A stretch of 64,000 nt of DNA from positions 93,124,001 through 93,188,000 of the forward strand of contig OX597815.1 in assembly GCA_951406725.2 (NCBI GenBank), written 5' to 3'. The position numbers and the translations under genes are program-made. The notes beneath the pieces were generated by a model. It was given only the letters and a program-made list of their open reading frames with translations, made no database searches and was not told where the DNA came from. Source of the stretch: Octopus vulgaris (Eukaryota). Below, one piece after another: positions 25,086 to 38,651 of the stretch; positions within the stretch are counted from its first letter, which is position 1; every line of letters starts with the position of its first letter.

Positions 25086-27226
25086 TTGAAGAGTTTTATA
25101 AGGCTACATGTTTAATTGTTGCTGTTATTGCTTAGTCACATGTGAGCTCTGAATGATCTAAGACATTCCAGGCATGATCATCCCATTTTTCCTTCAGACA
25201 GTCCAGAACATAATCATGTCCTTTCATTTTTATTACTGCAGGGAGATTTGGCTGGTATTTCAGGCATATACTCTCTCATTGGCTAAAATACATTATTCAG
25301 TTATTTAACTTGATAGCAAAAGTAATCTACCAAAGTTTAATGAAGTCAGTGTCTGTCAACAAAAATTAGTTTCATAAAGCTTACAAAATAGTGTTATGAG
25401 GCAAAAAGAAAACTTTATTGTTTCAAGCAGAGACATTAGTTGAAGAACAAACATGATTAGATACTTTTATTGCTTTTGGTTGCAGCAAAACTTACTGTTT
25501 TTTTTTTAATTCATGGCACCACATTAGTACCCTTGCCAGGGCAATGTAGAAAGCACTCATGCTGGCACCATGTGAAAGGCATCTGTGTCAGAGCCATGTA
25601 GAAAGCAACCATGATGAAAGTGCATAAAAAGCACCCATAACGATGCCACATAAAGGGTACCCATGCTGGTGCCCTGTAAAAAGCACTCGTGCTAGCATCA
25701 TGTAGAAAGCACAAAAAGCACCCAGTACACTCTGTAAAGTGGCTGACATTTGGAAGAGCATCCAGCCATAGAAACTATGTCAAAACAGACGACAGGAGCC
25801 TGGTGCAGCCCTCTGGCTTGCTAGCTCCAGTCAAACTGTCCAACCCATGCCAGCATGGAAAATGGATGCATGATGATGATGATGATAAGGTTATAATTAG
25901 AATGTTTTAACCCATTTCAATAAACAGTAATTAGTTTCAACATAAACCACTTATTTAATAAAATCTTTTGGGAAAATACCAGAAGGAAGCATTGTTATTA
26001 ACCCCTTCATTACCATGGTTCTGTTGAAAATACACCACCTCTGCTTCAATTAATTTTAAAAAATGATAGAATTATTAAAATAACTGTCATTAATAAGATG
26101 GTGTTTGGAACATAAACAGGAAATTTTGGAAGATTTTACTTTAGATTACTTTAAAAGAGGAAATTTGAATCATGAAACCTGAGGCAGTCCCAAGCAGGTA
26201 GGTATAAAACAAGTAAAGAAACAATTACTGTAAATGCAGAGTTACATATAACTATAAAAATGAGGAGTATAGGTATTGTTAATTGGGGAATTATTTCAGG
26301 ATTTATACTTGAAGAGAAAATACAGAACCTATCTGATGTATGCAACAGATGTTAAGAGTTTAAAAAGATACTAGAAGTAGCAAGAAAACAAAATAATAAG
26401 CATCATCGTTATAGATATAAAATCAAAATTGAATATACATATACAAATATACCGGACATATTTAGAAGTTTTCAAATTGTTCCCGATCACTATTTTTTTC
26501 CTTTTTTTTTTTCTTTTTGCAAGAGGGGAAAAAAAATAAAGCAAAAAAAAACCTAAAGTGTTTACCATTAAGTCATATATTCCACAAAATGGACAACAAT
26601 AGCTGAAAAAATAAATTTTCATAGAACTTGTATCCTGATACTTATTCTGTTTTAAAGCCATTTAAGCGTATGATACTATGTAGGTATGATCCAGTTTAAA
26701 ACATCAGGTGGCGGTTATATAATGTGTATCATACATCACAATTGAATATATGTCACTTGTTTGGGTGTATTTCAATACTGGAGTAAATTTCAATACATTA
26801 CTAAGTATATAAAGGAAACAGTGCTTTAAATTGACTTAGCTAATGCTAAAATAGCTGCCAGTGACAAGTCAGTTGTTTAAGGAGTGATGTGTGTGTGTGT
26901 GTGTGTGTGTGTATGTTGTCTGTCTGTCTGTCTGCTATTTACATTTGACCTGATATAGTTTTAGGAGAATATTCTTTGCTTGAATGCAATAATGTGAGTC
27001 ATTTTGGGAGAGAGAGAGAGAGGGGGGACAACAACAACAACAAACACAATAGCTAAAGAAAATGTAAACCACAAACAGTTTCTAATCATTGCTTTTGTTC
27101 AATTAAAAATGTTTTACCTGTGTGTAAAATTACATTAGTTGGGTCAGTAAATGTTGGATAGAAAAAGAGAAATAACTAAATAATAATAATAATAAAGAAA
27201 GAAAAGAAATAAAACAGATAAATCTA

Positions 27227-27367
27227 TCATCTCCATACTGCCCACACGCATATCAAGTAACAAACAGAATGTGTCAATGAATAAACATACCAAACTAAAT
27301 ACAAGAGGAAAAATGAGTGATTTATTATTATGGAAAGTTTGCTAGCAGAGAGTGGCCAAGGGACGAG
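27227..27367 (-). CDS. Candidate alternative terminal exon of Trio with a hydrophobic tail
   Basis: Strong acceptor ttttactttgcag|; the phase-0 frame is open for 46 aa (LVPWPLSASKLSIIINHSFFLLYLVWYVYSLTHSVCYLICVWAVWR*). Confidence 0.25.
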   Translation of the reverse strand, partial: LVPWPLSASKLSIIINHSFFLLYLVWYVYSLTHSVCYLICVWAVWR

Positions 27368-29703
27368 CTGCAAAGTAAAACATACATTTGTACATGAGTG
27401 TGCATGTACACTCATGCATGTATGTGTGTGCATTTGTACATGAATGCATATAGCTAGTTTTTAATTCAATGTTGTACATCAATATGATTTTAGTTATAAA
27501 GAAGAGATTGGCTATAATAAACTTGTATTATTTTGTGAGATATTGCAGAGGAAATAGCAGTTAATGTAGTGAAGGAAGTGGAGAGACCAAGAAAATAACT
27601 TATACAAGCAAAGTCTACAAAGCTCTAAAGGACTTAAATATCTCTCGGTTCAGACAGCTCTGTTTGAAGAACCTTCATAGTACAGGAATAGCTAAATGAA
27701 TATTTAGAAACAGAAGATAATTATATATTATACAGGAGGTGTGAAAAATCGAGAATCACATTATTCAATGTATATTTTCAAAATAGTAGGGTGTAATTTG
27801 AGGAGATTTTGGCTGCTACAACTTGCAAGTCAAACAACTATACAGGGATTTTTGTTTGCTCAGAATATAAAATACTTATGATACTTAGATTTCCCAAACA
27901 GTATTCCTCTAAGTACCAACCAATCACGATGTTGCTTAACTTCAGTGTGATATGGTTGGAAGCAATTTCTTATGATATAACCATAAACAAGTATTTTATT
28001 AAACTGTAGGGCTGGACTTAAAATGTCTTATGAGCTGAGGAAAAGCACAAGGAAATCCCAGTCCAGTGTATCTTCTGCTCCCCCCAGCCAATCATCCATC
28101 TTAATGAACTTAATGCTATGTACTGAGACCAGTCATAGAAAAAAAGAGAGATAGAAAGAGAGTGCAAATGTCTGTGTATCTATGAGTGCATGTATGTGTG
28201 TAAGATGGATTAATGGCTGTATGTATTGGGGAGGGGGTGAGAAAGTGATTTATGTCAAACTTTTATATTTGGTAAAACCTAACAGAAGCAATCTCATGGT
28301 TAAATGTATTTAAAAAAACTGGTTTGGGGTATTAAAATATATTGAAAATGTGTTCATTATCATCATCATCATTATTGTCGTTTAACATCTGCTTTCCATG
28401 CTGGCATGAGCTGGACAGTTTGACTGAGAACTGGTAGGCCAGGAGGCTGCACCAGGCTTCAATCTGATTTGGCAAGGTTTCTACAGCTGGATGCCCTTCC
28501 TAATGCAACTATTCCAAGAGCGTAGTGGGTGCTTTTTACATGCCACCAGCTCGTGTGTGCTTGAGTTATGGTAAAACAACACACATACATCATGGTGATA
28601 GTGTAGTAACAACTAAGTAAAGAGGTAACTTTTCTATAGGGTAAAAGACCCCACTTCAGTCACAAAAGCCCATGGGATTGCACCTAGAAAGAAAGTTCCC
28701 CTCTGAGGCATAAGTCTAGGCAAGGCTGTTTATAGAAGACCAGCAGTCACCCGTGCATAACAGTTTCCCCTTTCCAGGCCACCAATGTTATCAAAAGGAA
28801 AGGCAAAGGATGATACAGCTTGACACCAGTCACATCATAACTCATTTCTAAAGTTGAGTGAACTGGAGTAATGTGAAATAAAGTACCTAGCTCTAGAACA
28901 CAACAGACAGCCTGGTTTGGAAATCAAACTCGCCACCTCATGATTGTTAGCCGAATGCACTGAACCATGCACCTTCACTAAAGGATGAGATCCAGAGATT
29001 CTTGGTATAGAAAACACTTAGTAGTGCTCAAATGATTTGAACTTAGACTCCGGTGTCTTTAAAAGGGACCAATTCCGTGGGGTAAAGAGTGTTTATAAGA
29101 AGAATCCAAGAGAGCAGATATAACAGCTTTGGTTTGATATTTTGTAGAGCAAAACCCAAGCTGTTATATTTAATTGCCTCTCTCTCTATTTACATGTATA
29201 TAAAAGCAACTGACAAAACTTAAGCTGGCTTTATCTACTTATATGCCACCATAAATATTATTAACTATATATGATTCAGCAAAGCAACATTAAAAGTTCA
29301 TGTTGCAATGAGAAATTTACAAAATTCTAAAGCATATAATCAATTCAATATCTGAGTCAATGTTTCAAACATTGATATATTTGTGTATAACAACTACACC
29401 ACTACATTTATAGTAGGTTAAATATGTTATTAATTGAGAAGGCTCTCTAGTAATAATAATAACAATTAACAGCTGGAATGTAAACCTACATACAATTCTG
29501 ATAATCAAAGATGTCTAATTTTTTGGGAGTAGATATTAAAAACTAGAGGAGCAGCTGGTAGTCATCATTTACAGGTCAGTCAGCTGTAAAATATTTGGAT
29601 AACTATGTATAACATTTCATGCACCAGTACTTGCTGGAATTAACTAATAATGATGATGATGATGATAATAATAATAATAATGATAATAATAATAATAATA
29701 ATG

Positions 29704-29738
<35 letters not shown>

Positions 29739-29984
29739 CCTTTCTACTATAGGCACAAGGCCTAATATTTTGGGGGAGAAGCCAGTCAATTAGTTCAACT
29801 CCATTGCATAACTTGTAATTATTTCCTTTACCCCAAAAAGATGAAAAGCAAAGATGACTTCGGTGGAATTTGAACTAAGAACATTAAGATGGATGAAGTG
29901 CCACTAAGTATTTTGTGCAGCATGCTAATGATACTGCGAGCTCACTGCTGCTGCAGTAACAATGATGTCTTAGTGCCTGATCTT

Positions 29985-30200
29985 CATTGTGACTATCAGA
30001 AGGCAGAACTGGTGCATATGCATTTAATAAGGGGGTATAGTGATTTTCTGCAACAGAAATATGAAGTCCCTTGGAGTGCTCACTAACATCAACAGGTATC
30101 TTAGTTAATTTAGACAGCAGACTGTTTCTCATAGCAAAACTGAGCTACAATGTACAATGCCCAGCCTCAGGATAATCCTTCCATAAGAGAAGTCGCTTAA
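29985..30200 (-). mobile_element. RTE-like APE endonuclease relic
   Basis: LHISVAENHYTPLLNAYAP resembles the RTE endonuclease xAYAP motif. Confidence 0.4.
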
Positions 30201-31923
30201 TTGTGCCCCCCCCCCCAACTCAACTTATCCTCACTCTTCTGTCCCCCTCTCTCACTAACCCACAACACTATGTTTTCTCTTCCCTCTTTCCCTATCCTTT
30301 CTATTCTCCCTTGCAACACTGCTTCCTATTACTTTCATTACTATCAGCTTTTTACAACAATAAATCTGTTCTTTCTATCACACATTTAACTTCTCTCAAT
30401 ACTTTGCCTAAAATTCCCACTCACACACACCCAGCTCTACTCCTCTGTTTCTTTCAGTCATGCAAACTCTTTGGTCTTGTTAATTATGAGGTGACTCCAT
30501 GAGCGCTGGTGCCACAGAAAAGGTACCCAGTACACTTTGTGAAGTGGTTGGGAAACAAAGAAGGGACAAGTTGTCTAGATTGAACATTAGTCTTGTTGAG
30601 AGTAAGACACCACTATAGTGCTGGATCCATGACAAATGCACCCACTACACACTGTAAAGGTTAGTGTTAGGAAGGGCATCCAACTGAAGAAACCATACCA
30701 AAACTGAGGTGGAGCAAGACAGGGCCCTATGACCTGCCAAATCCTGTTCAACACTCCAACCCATGCCAGCATGCAAAGTAGATGTAAAATAATGATGATG
30801 AGGGATCTAGATCAGGTCAGTATAACAGTAACGACTCTGTGTGTTAATTCTCTAATTAATAATGATTTCTAATAGATATAAAAGTCTTGAATTTCAAAGA
30901 AAAGAATAGGTGATTAAATTAACTTATTATAAAGCTGGTATTTCTTTGACAACCCAAGCTGACTCCAGAATTTAAACTCAGAACATAACTGAACTAAACA
31001 CCACAATGAATTTTGTAAAATCAAATTTAAAACAAAACCATTTTTAAAGGAGTGAAAAGTTAGGATCAGGGTTAGAGGATATTGCATTCATTTGACCCCA
31101 GTAAGATACTGATTTCATTGTGAAGAAAGCTGAAGTTGATTCTGATAAGATATGAACACCTCATTACCTAGTACTGCATATAATCTAATCTGGAAACTTA
31201 CTTTTGGTTTCAACCATCTCTTTGAATATTAATAAAATTAATTACAAAGTAAATAAATAATTGGCTGATTTACTTATTAAGGATATCTACTTATAGTAAT
31301 AATTATTTTTACTTAAGCAAAGAAAGGAAAACTTGTGATGTCAAAGGATATCTCTTACTCTACCAGTCTTGAAAGCACTGCAGAAGATCCCTTCCACATA
31401 CAGAGAGTAGACTTCATAATGGAGACACAACCTTCATTAAGTCTTAAACAATAACAAGTGTTTATCCTCATTGCTACAACCACTGCCTGCAGTTTTATTA
31501 ACTCGGATAAGATTTAAACTTAATATGTTGCCAAGGTGAACACTATCCCCGATCAAATGGATGCCTTTAGCAGATTCCATTTTGTTACAAACATTCAAAC
31601 CAGGATACTACCTGATATGCTGCTTCTTATTGCATGAACTCTTGAATTATACTCTCATCCATCCTTTCCCTCACCAGCCACAAAAAAAAAAAAACCTGCA
31701 AAAGATCATTGGCATTGACTTTCTTCTTAACTAATCCATTAAAGAAACAAAAATGCAACTAAATACTGTTATATATTTAGAGCAGTACTTTGACCAATGT
31801 AAACTGTTAAAAGATTTGTACTGAGAATGTCAGTTAATATATCTAAGTTTATCACTCTACAACAGAGACAGACTTTAAGTTAAAACTAGTAAAAATAGAA
31901 GATTAAGGAAAAAGAAAACTTAC

Positions 31924-32065
31924 CTTCATAGCGGAGAGGTTAGCAACAGTTTTCTTCTGTATTCTGTCAGCTTTCAGTTCAAATGGTGGTACTGTGTGTT
32001 TCTCCAGACCACCTTTCTCTATTTTGCTGTGACTTAATTTACGAACTGGATCTATCAACCATTTC
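31924..32065 (-). CDS. TRIO: Trio exon with the conserved RKWLxxPVRxLS motif
   Basis: tttgtag| acceptor and AAG|GTAAGT donor; 142 nt, phase 2 to 0: (R)KWLIDPVRKLSHSKIEKGGLEKHTVPPFELKADRIQKKTVANLSAMK (compare Trio RKWLTSPVRRLSSGK). Confidence 0.92.
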
Positions 32066-33932
32066 CTACAAATTTAAACACAACATTGTCAATAGACAGC
32101 TACAGAAGAATTTAGGAACACAAATTGGTTAAACAAAAAACATACAGCAAAGAATTTTCGGCAAAAAAAAATAATTTCTCACCAACATGAATTCTTGCAA
32201 TAGAAACATTTATCAGATGGTTCTTACTTCAATAGGACACTCATTTTTATGATGATGATGATGATGATGATGATAGCAGACATTTACAGGTAAACATAAG
32301 GATATTATACATATATACACATGTGCATATGTGAGTGTGCATGTGTGTGTGTACTTAAAAATGGTTATTATTATTATTATTGGTTACAGATCAACGTAGT
32401 TAACATTCTTGATGAACAGTTGCAAGTTGACAGCTACAAGAAAAATACTTGCAGAGAGCCAATGTTTGAGAGGGAAAGGATTTGGCAAAGGAAGCACAAG
32501 ATCAAAAATGATGAGAGAAGTAGAGATAACTGAGTCAAGGGTATGTTTCTATCCCTGTCTACAATGGAATGACTAAAACTAGTAAAAGAAAGGAGACAGA
32601 GAAACATATATAAGAAAAATCATATTAAAAGATGACTTGAACACCTCACCTCAGCCTAGACATGAATAGAACTTTGCTCTTAATTACTAACACCGACTAA
32701 AGAAAACAGGAAAAGCACTGATGATGAGATCAGATTTGTAGAATATAGAGATGACGAAGGATTGAGTGGGAATATGCTGTACTGGTAAGTCATACAAGTC
32801 ATTGTGGAGAAAACTGACATTACATAATGATGATGATGGCAACTACCTGAAATAAAGAAGTTGTAGAGGAAACACTAAGGAAATATTTTCTGAGATTTGG
32901 ACCACAATAGTTAGTAACAAAGTATTTGCAAAGTCTTATTGATTCAAGTGTTACACAGATACTGGGTTCTTTTGAAATCATCTTGGATATGTCAACACGC
33001 CAGAGACAAACCTTGCTTAAACAAATACACGAGATGTTAGCTATATGAAATGCACATGCAAGCACGCACACATGTGTATGTACACACACACATTCCTTCT
33101 GCATTGTCCAGTATCATGTGTTGGTTTAAATGATGACAATAACCAAAGCCAACTGCTGAAACCAGTCAACACAAAAGGATTATTCATTAGCCTCTATGAT
33201 ATAATGAAAGCATTGAAGATTAAAATGAAATTATGATTTCTTACATTGGTTACAATAGTCAACTGATCCTACTCCTTGTCTATTACTGTTACTAATTATA
33301 TTTACTTTGGAAAGACAAAAGGCAATATCAACCATGGCAGGATTGGAACACAGAACATTTTGTTTTTAATGGTTTAGTGACATCAGAGACTGGAATGGAG
33401 AAAGATATCTTCAGACAAGACACCTGGCCTGAATGCTTGTAAGACAGTATAGACTTCTAAAGGCACTCAAGAGCCTTGTGATAAAGTATATTACCCCAAA
33501 ACAGTAAATGTCCCATTGACAAGATTCTTCTCTCTCAGGACAAATATATTTTGCTATAAATGTTATAGAATAAAACCAAACCCTAAACTACATAGTTACA
33601 AAATTAACTTTTTAACTACACAATCTTAAGACATAATTACAAGGAATTTCATCTAGCTTTCTACACATTTTATTGCTGAGACAAAGAGAAAGAGAGAGAC
33701 CAATGGAAAGTTGAATGAAATAATGAATTATGACACAACTCAGTAGAAACATGAAAGAAGAAGTAAACCAACTAGATTGAAAGAACTCAACCATTCTGCC
33801 AGGTAAAATACAGCATCAGTTGCTTTAGTAATTGACCACTACTACAACTTCCAAAACCCACTCCCCACTGATTATTACAATCACTATATGTTTACCACTG
33901 GTTCCTAACTACAACTACATCTAGTTCTAAAC

Positions 33933-34076
33933 CAGGCATGATAACCTCTTTTGAAAAGTGGGCCACATAAGTCATGGTTCATTATCAGGAAGGTTGCAAC
34001 TGCTAGAAGACTTGAAGGTAACTTTCCGTTTGGTATACTGTTCAGGAGGCCCTGCAGGGCACTGTACCCATGACTG
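33933..34076. mobile_element. hAT (Charlie-like) MITE
   Basis: TIRs CAGGCATG/CATGACTG; 8-bp target-site duplication TTCTAAAC/TTCTAGAT. Confidence 0.6.
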
Positions 34077-35872
34077 TTCTAGATACATGCCATTGCTCAC
34101 CACCAACATTACAACTACCAACAGACACTTCCTACAGCTCATCACCACCCCTGCAGCTACTAACAAATACTCTCCCACTGCCATCACCACAATTACACCT
34201 ACTTCAAGACACAACTATCTATCACCACCAGTACATCCACTACTAGACCCTCCCAAAGACCTACCACCTTAACTCCTCTATACTAAACTTTTTGGGCAAC
34301 TCTTCCACTCCTTTTTCACTACTAAATACAAATCTCCAACACTACCAAACACACTATCTCACCTAAAATGATTGGAAAGAGCTACGAACTGCATGTTCTA
34401 CTCCTAAATCCAAGTACTAAAAAGATAGTTCAACTAAGGGTCACAACAATCACAGAGCAACTTTGTTTTCTTTACTTCAGTACATACAATATGTTCAATA
34501 TGCAACACTGAAAAAAGATTAATATCCAGAATTAGAGGAAACTGGGATGTTCTGTGTCCACAACATTTAGTCAATGTTGCTGGTGATGAATAATGCTTTT
34601 TTTTGACCCATATGAAGTTCTCTCTTCACATCAAGTCTAAATAGAATGTATTTAGTCGCACCCTATCGACACATCAGCAGTGTTTCCTAGTTACTCTTTC
34701 TTTCTAAAAGTACAAACTTTTACTAGCCATCTCACCTACTTCTCTCTCTGAATACATTCACATACACAATGTATGTATATATGTATGTATACATACACAC
34801 ACACTTTAATAAAGGGAGTTGTTTATTAATTAGAATTATGTAACTTACCCTAAAAGAAGGCAATTATCAAAGCCTACAAAATTCTTATAAATTCCAATTC
34901 TAATAAATTTTTTATTGAGATGAAGTTTTCAAAATTCTTTCATCATTTAAGATTTCAACTACATGCTAATCTGAAAACTAATTTTTATTCATTGCAGCAT
35001 ACACATCTCTCTCTCTCTCCCTACTCAATTGTTTTCATCAAAAATAAGTGATTACAAAAAGTGTGTGAGCATACACACACATATATATGCAGAAATCTAC
35101 ACAACATATTCTTAAAAGCAAACATGACATATTCCAGTTGAACACTGCCCATAGGGTGGTGTTTCTGCTAGTACGATGATAAAAATATTGTTTCTTCAAG
35201 CAGTGTTATCAGATTAATGAGAGTCCTCCCCATCAAAACATGGTGAAATTTTTTGGCACCTTTCCCACTCTGTATTAATGAAGACAAAATAAATTTTGCA
35301 TCTGTATAATTCCTCTATCTTCACCATAGCGATTGGTGTGTTTAAAAATTTGGAAAGAAACCATCTTTATTTATTAAATGTGGTAATTTGTAGGCCCCCT
35401 TCCCAATCCTCACACTCCCACCTCATTCTGCTGCTTCATAAGGCTTCCCTCATTTGCTTGTAGCACATCTGTATCACAGATTCACAACTAAGCTGTTTAC
35501 AGGGAGGGATTCAAGCAGCATTTAACAGAAACCCAAGGTGTCAACTTCGTCCTTCCTTTTCCTGCACCATTATCTAAGGTCTTGCAAAAGTCATGGACAA
35601 TGTTGTTCTGCCTTTGGTTAAACCATAAATATATGTACAAATTAAGTAAATAAATGAAACAATATTTTTTCTGGTGTATTAGAATTTCAGCTCAGTTAAT
35701 TAGTGAAATTTACTTTAATTACAGTACAGATAATTAACACGATAACATATCTGTTGCCTCAATTTACCCCAAACCAATGAAATAGGAATTATTGCATGTT
35801 TCATTCGGATAATTTCCCAAGTCAAAATATATTTTAATATATGTAGATACACATATGCAGAGGTGATTTTGT

Positions 35873-36007
35873 TTGTGTGTGTGTGTGTGTGTGTGTGCAT
35901 GTGTACGTGCATGCATGCACACGAGTGAGAGAATTATATTTTTCATCTTGCATATTGTGTATGAGAGAAGGGGGGGAGAGAGAGAGAGAGTGTGTGTGTG
36001 TGTGTGT

Positions 36008-36068
<61 letters not shown>

Positions 36069-36174
36069 GTGTGTGTGTATGTGTGTTTTGTGTGTGTGAG
36101 AGAGAGAGAGAGGGTGTGTGTGTGTGTTTTGTGTGTGTGAGAGAGAGAGAGAGAGAGAGGGTGTGTGTGTGTTT

Positions 36175-36228
<54 letters not shown>
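35873..36228. repeat. Compound (GT)n/(GA)n microsatellite with higher-order repetition
   Basis: Alternating GT and GA blocks with a recurring GTGTTTTGTGTGTGTGAGAG junction. Confidence 0.9.
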
Positions 36229-36236
<8 letters not shown>

Positions 36237-37333
36237 TGCATGCCTAAGATATATAAACAAAAAATCGGATTTTAATATAAATCATTTATTGACAGTACAT
36301 ACATGTTATATGTACTCTAATTAATTATGTAATTCTTAGCTTTAAAATTCTTTACTCTGTCTTTTGTACCAGTAGCCACCCTTGATTATATATATATAAA
36401 GAGAGAGAGAGAGAGGGAGAAAGATGAAAGTGAGTATTTTCATTGAACACATAACTGCAGAGTTGGAAAAAAGAACTCAATACTAGCTTATAATATTATA
36501 AAGTATATGATATAAAGAGTTACCGAATTTTGAGCTAATTATCTGAATTTTACTGCAAACAAACAAGGTCAGTGAAATTCCTGGAATGTTAAAGTGAAAT
36601 TATTACACTGCCTTAGTCCCCCATCTGTGTCATAGCCTATTTCTTCACCCCGGATCTGCCAAACCCACCATTTGCTCAACATCCTGTTTAAACATATACC
36701 ATTGCAAAGTTTTACCTGACAAAAATGTCTTCAATTTCTGTTCAAATATGAAAACTATGGATAGAATTACACAAAACTCCCAGCAAACTAAATACTGTAG
36801 CTACATACATAATGGACGACTTCAACACAATAAGATAATAAGTGAGGCTGTCAATTGGGAGAGCAAGACATAGTTCACCATTAACTTTTGAAACTTTGCT
36901 ATAAACTGTCCTGATGTAATTTCTGGAACAGATGCTTTGACTGAAGATTCTAAGAATACTAAATCTTTAATCTTTTACTTGTTTTAGTCATTGGGCTGTG
37001 GTCATGCTGGGGCACTGCCTCGAACGGTTTAGTTGAACAATTGTACCCCAATGCTTACTTTTTAAACCTGGTACTTATTATATTGGATTTCTTTTGTCAG
37101 ACAACTAAGTTACAGGGATGTAAACAAACCAGCAATGGTTGTCAGTTGATGTTGTGCATGTGTGGTTTGAAAAACCACAAAAACATACATGTATGACAGA
37201 GTTCTACAGTTTTCATCTACCAAATTCACTCACAAGGCATTGACAGGCCTGGGGCAATAACCGAAGACACCAAGCAGTGTGACTGAACTTGAAACCACAT
37301 GCCTGCACATTATAAAACCCATTCTAGATAATT

Positions 37334-37406
37334 TGAGCTTGCCAGGAATTGAATCTAGAATTTCCTCAATCGTAAGCATGAGTGTTATCCATTGCACCAC
37401 AAGTCT
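37334..37406 (-). pseudogene. tRNA-Arg(ACG)-like pseudogene
   Basis: GACTTGTGGTGCAATGGATAACACTCATGCTTACGATTGAGGAAATTCTAGATTCAATTCCTGGCAAGCTC is colinear with eukaryotic tRNA-Arg-ACG, but the T-loop and anticodon stem are degraded. Confidence 0.6.
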
Positions 37407-38332
37407 GTGTTAACATCATAATAATCCTTATTGGTTTAATATCCATTTTTCCATGCTAGCAAGGGTCAGATGGAATTTTACTGAGGCAGATTTTCTATGG
37501 CCTGTCACCAACCCTCACCTGTTTCCAGGTAAGATAATATCTCCCCATAACCAAACACATTTTTGTGGAAGATTGAAAACAAAGTATACTGCTTACATGA
37601 TAGTGACATTCATTTACAACTATCACACAAAGTCAGGGAGACAGTAATACACATGTGTAAATGTACATATATGTTCAAACTATGGGCTCCTTTTTCAGTT
37701 TCCCTACAGCAAATCCATTCACAAGTGAGTTCGTCATTGTCATCGTTTAACATTTGCTTTCCATGCTGGCATGGGTTGGACGGGTTGACTGAGGGCTGGC
37801 AAGCCAGAAGGCTGCACTATGCTCCAATCCAATCTGGCTAAGTTTCTACAGCTGGATGCCCTTATACATGTCACCAGCTTCACCTCAATTAGTCTCAACT
37901 ACCCTTATATGATGTTAGCTAGTCTAAGAAGACATTGCTCCTTTTCCTTCATATTATTAAAATATCATCATAACCACACACTTGTAGTCCCACCATAACA
38001 ATACTACTCTGCACTACCACTATAATTATACTACTTGTATACCACTACATCTGTACCATCACTGTAACTGTACAACTGGAGTACCACTAGAGCTATATGG
38101 CGACAACACTATCACTGCAACTGTTCTGCTGCACAACTGTACATACTGCATACAACTCTAATTATGTTGTCACAACAGTTGAATCCTCAAACACCTTGCT
38201 ACAAACCATACATTAGTGTATTCTTAGTGTATCTAGTTAACCCCCAGCCAACACCATGGCAATGTATAATCCTTTGCCATCGTCTATACAGTTATTCAAA
38301 TTACTAGTAATAACAGGCAGAACATCTTAACT

Positions 38333-38651
38333 CAGCATTTTTCAATCAGGGTTCCCTGGATCCCTAGGGTTCCGCAAGAAAGAGTGAGATAAGATAATGT
38401 TAATTTCATGATAGTAATAATACTATACAAGCACAACATATTATTGGTTATTGTAATATAGACATCATCCCATCTAACCTATTATGTTATCAATATATAT
38501 ATATATATATATATATATGACATTTACCATGTGAACTACGATGAAAAAGTATGAGAAAGATATGGTATATAATATTTTTTTTGCAAGGGTTCTTTGAGAC
38601 ATGTAATTTATTTTAAAGGTTACACAAGGGTAAAAAGGTTGAGAAACACTG
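38333..38651. mobile_element. hAT MITE
   Basis: TIRs CAGCATTTTTCAA/TTGAGAAACACTG; 8-bp target-site duplication TCTTAACT/CCTTAACT. Confidence 0.7.

Noticed and set aside
25513-25720. Short repeated units resembling a CRISPR-like array (also 60990-61200)
   Set aside because: These are degenerate internal tandem repeats of the SINE family, with no constant repeat and unique spacer structure.
35834-36324. Multiple overlapping ORFs (ERERE, CVCV, SLSL, HTHT)
   Set aside because: Translations of microsatellites, not genes.
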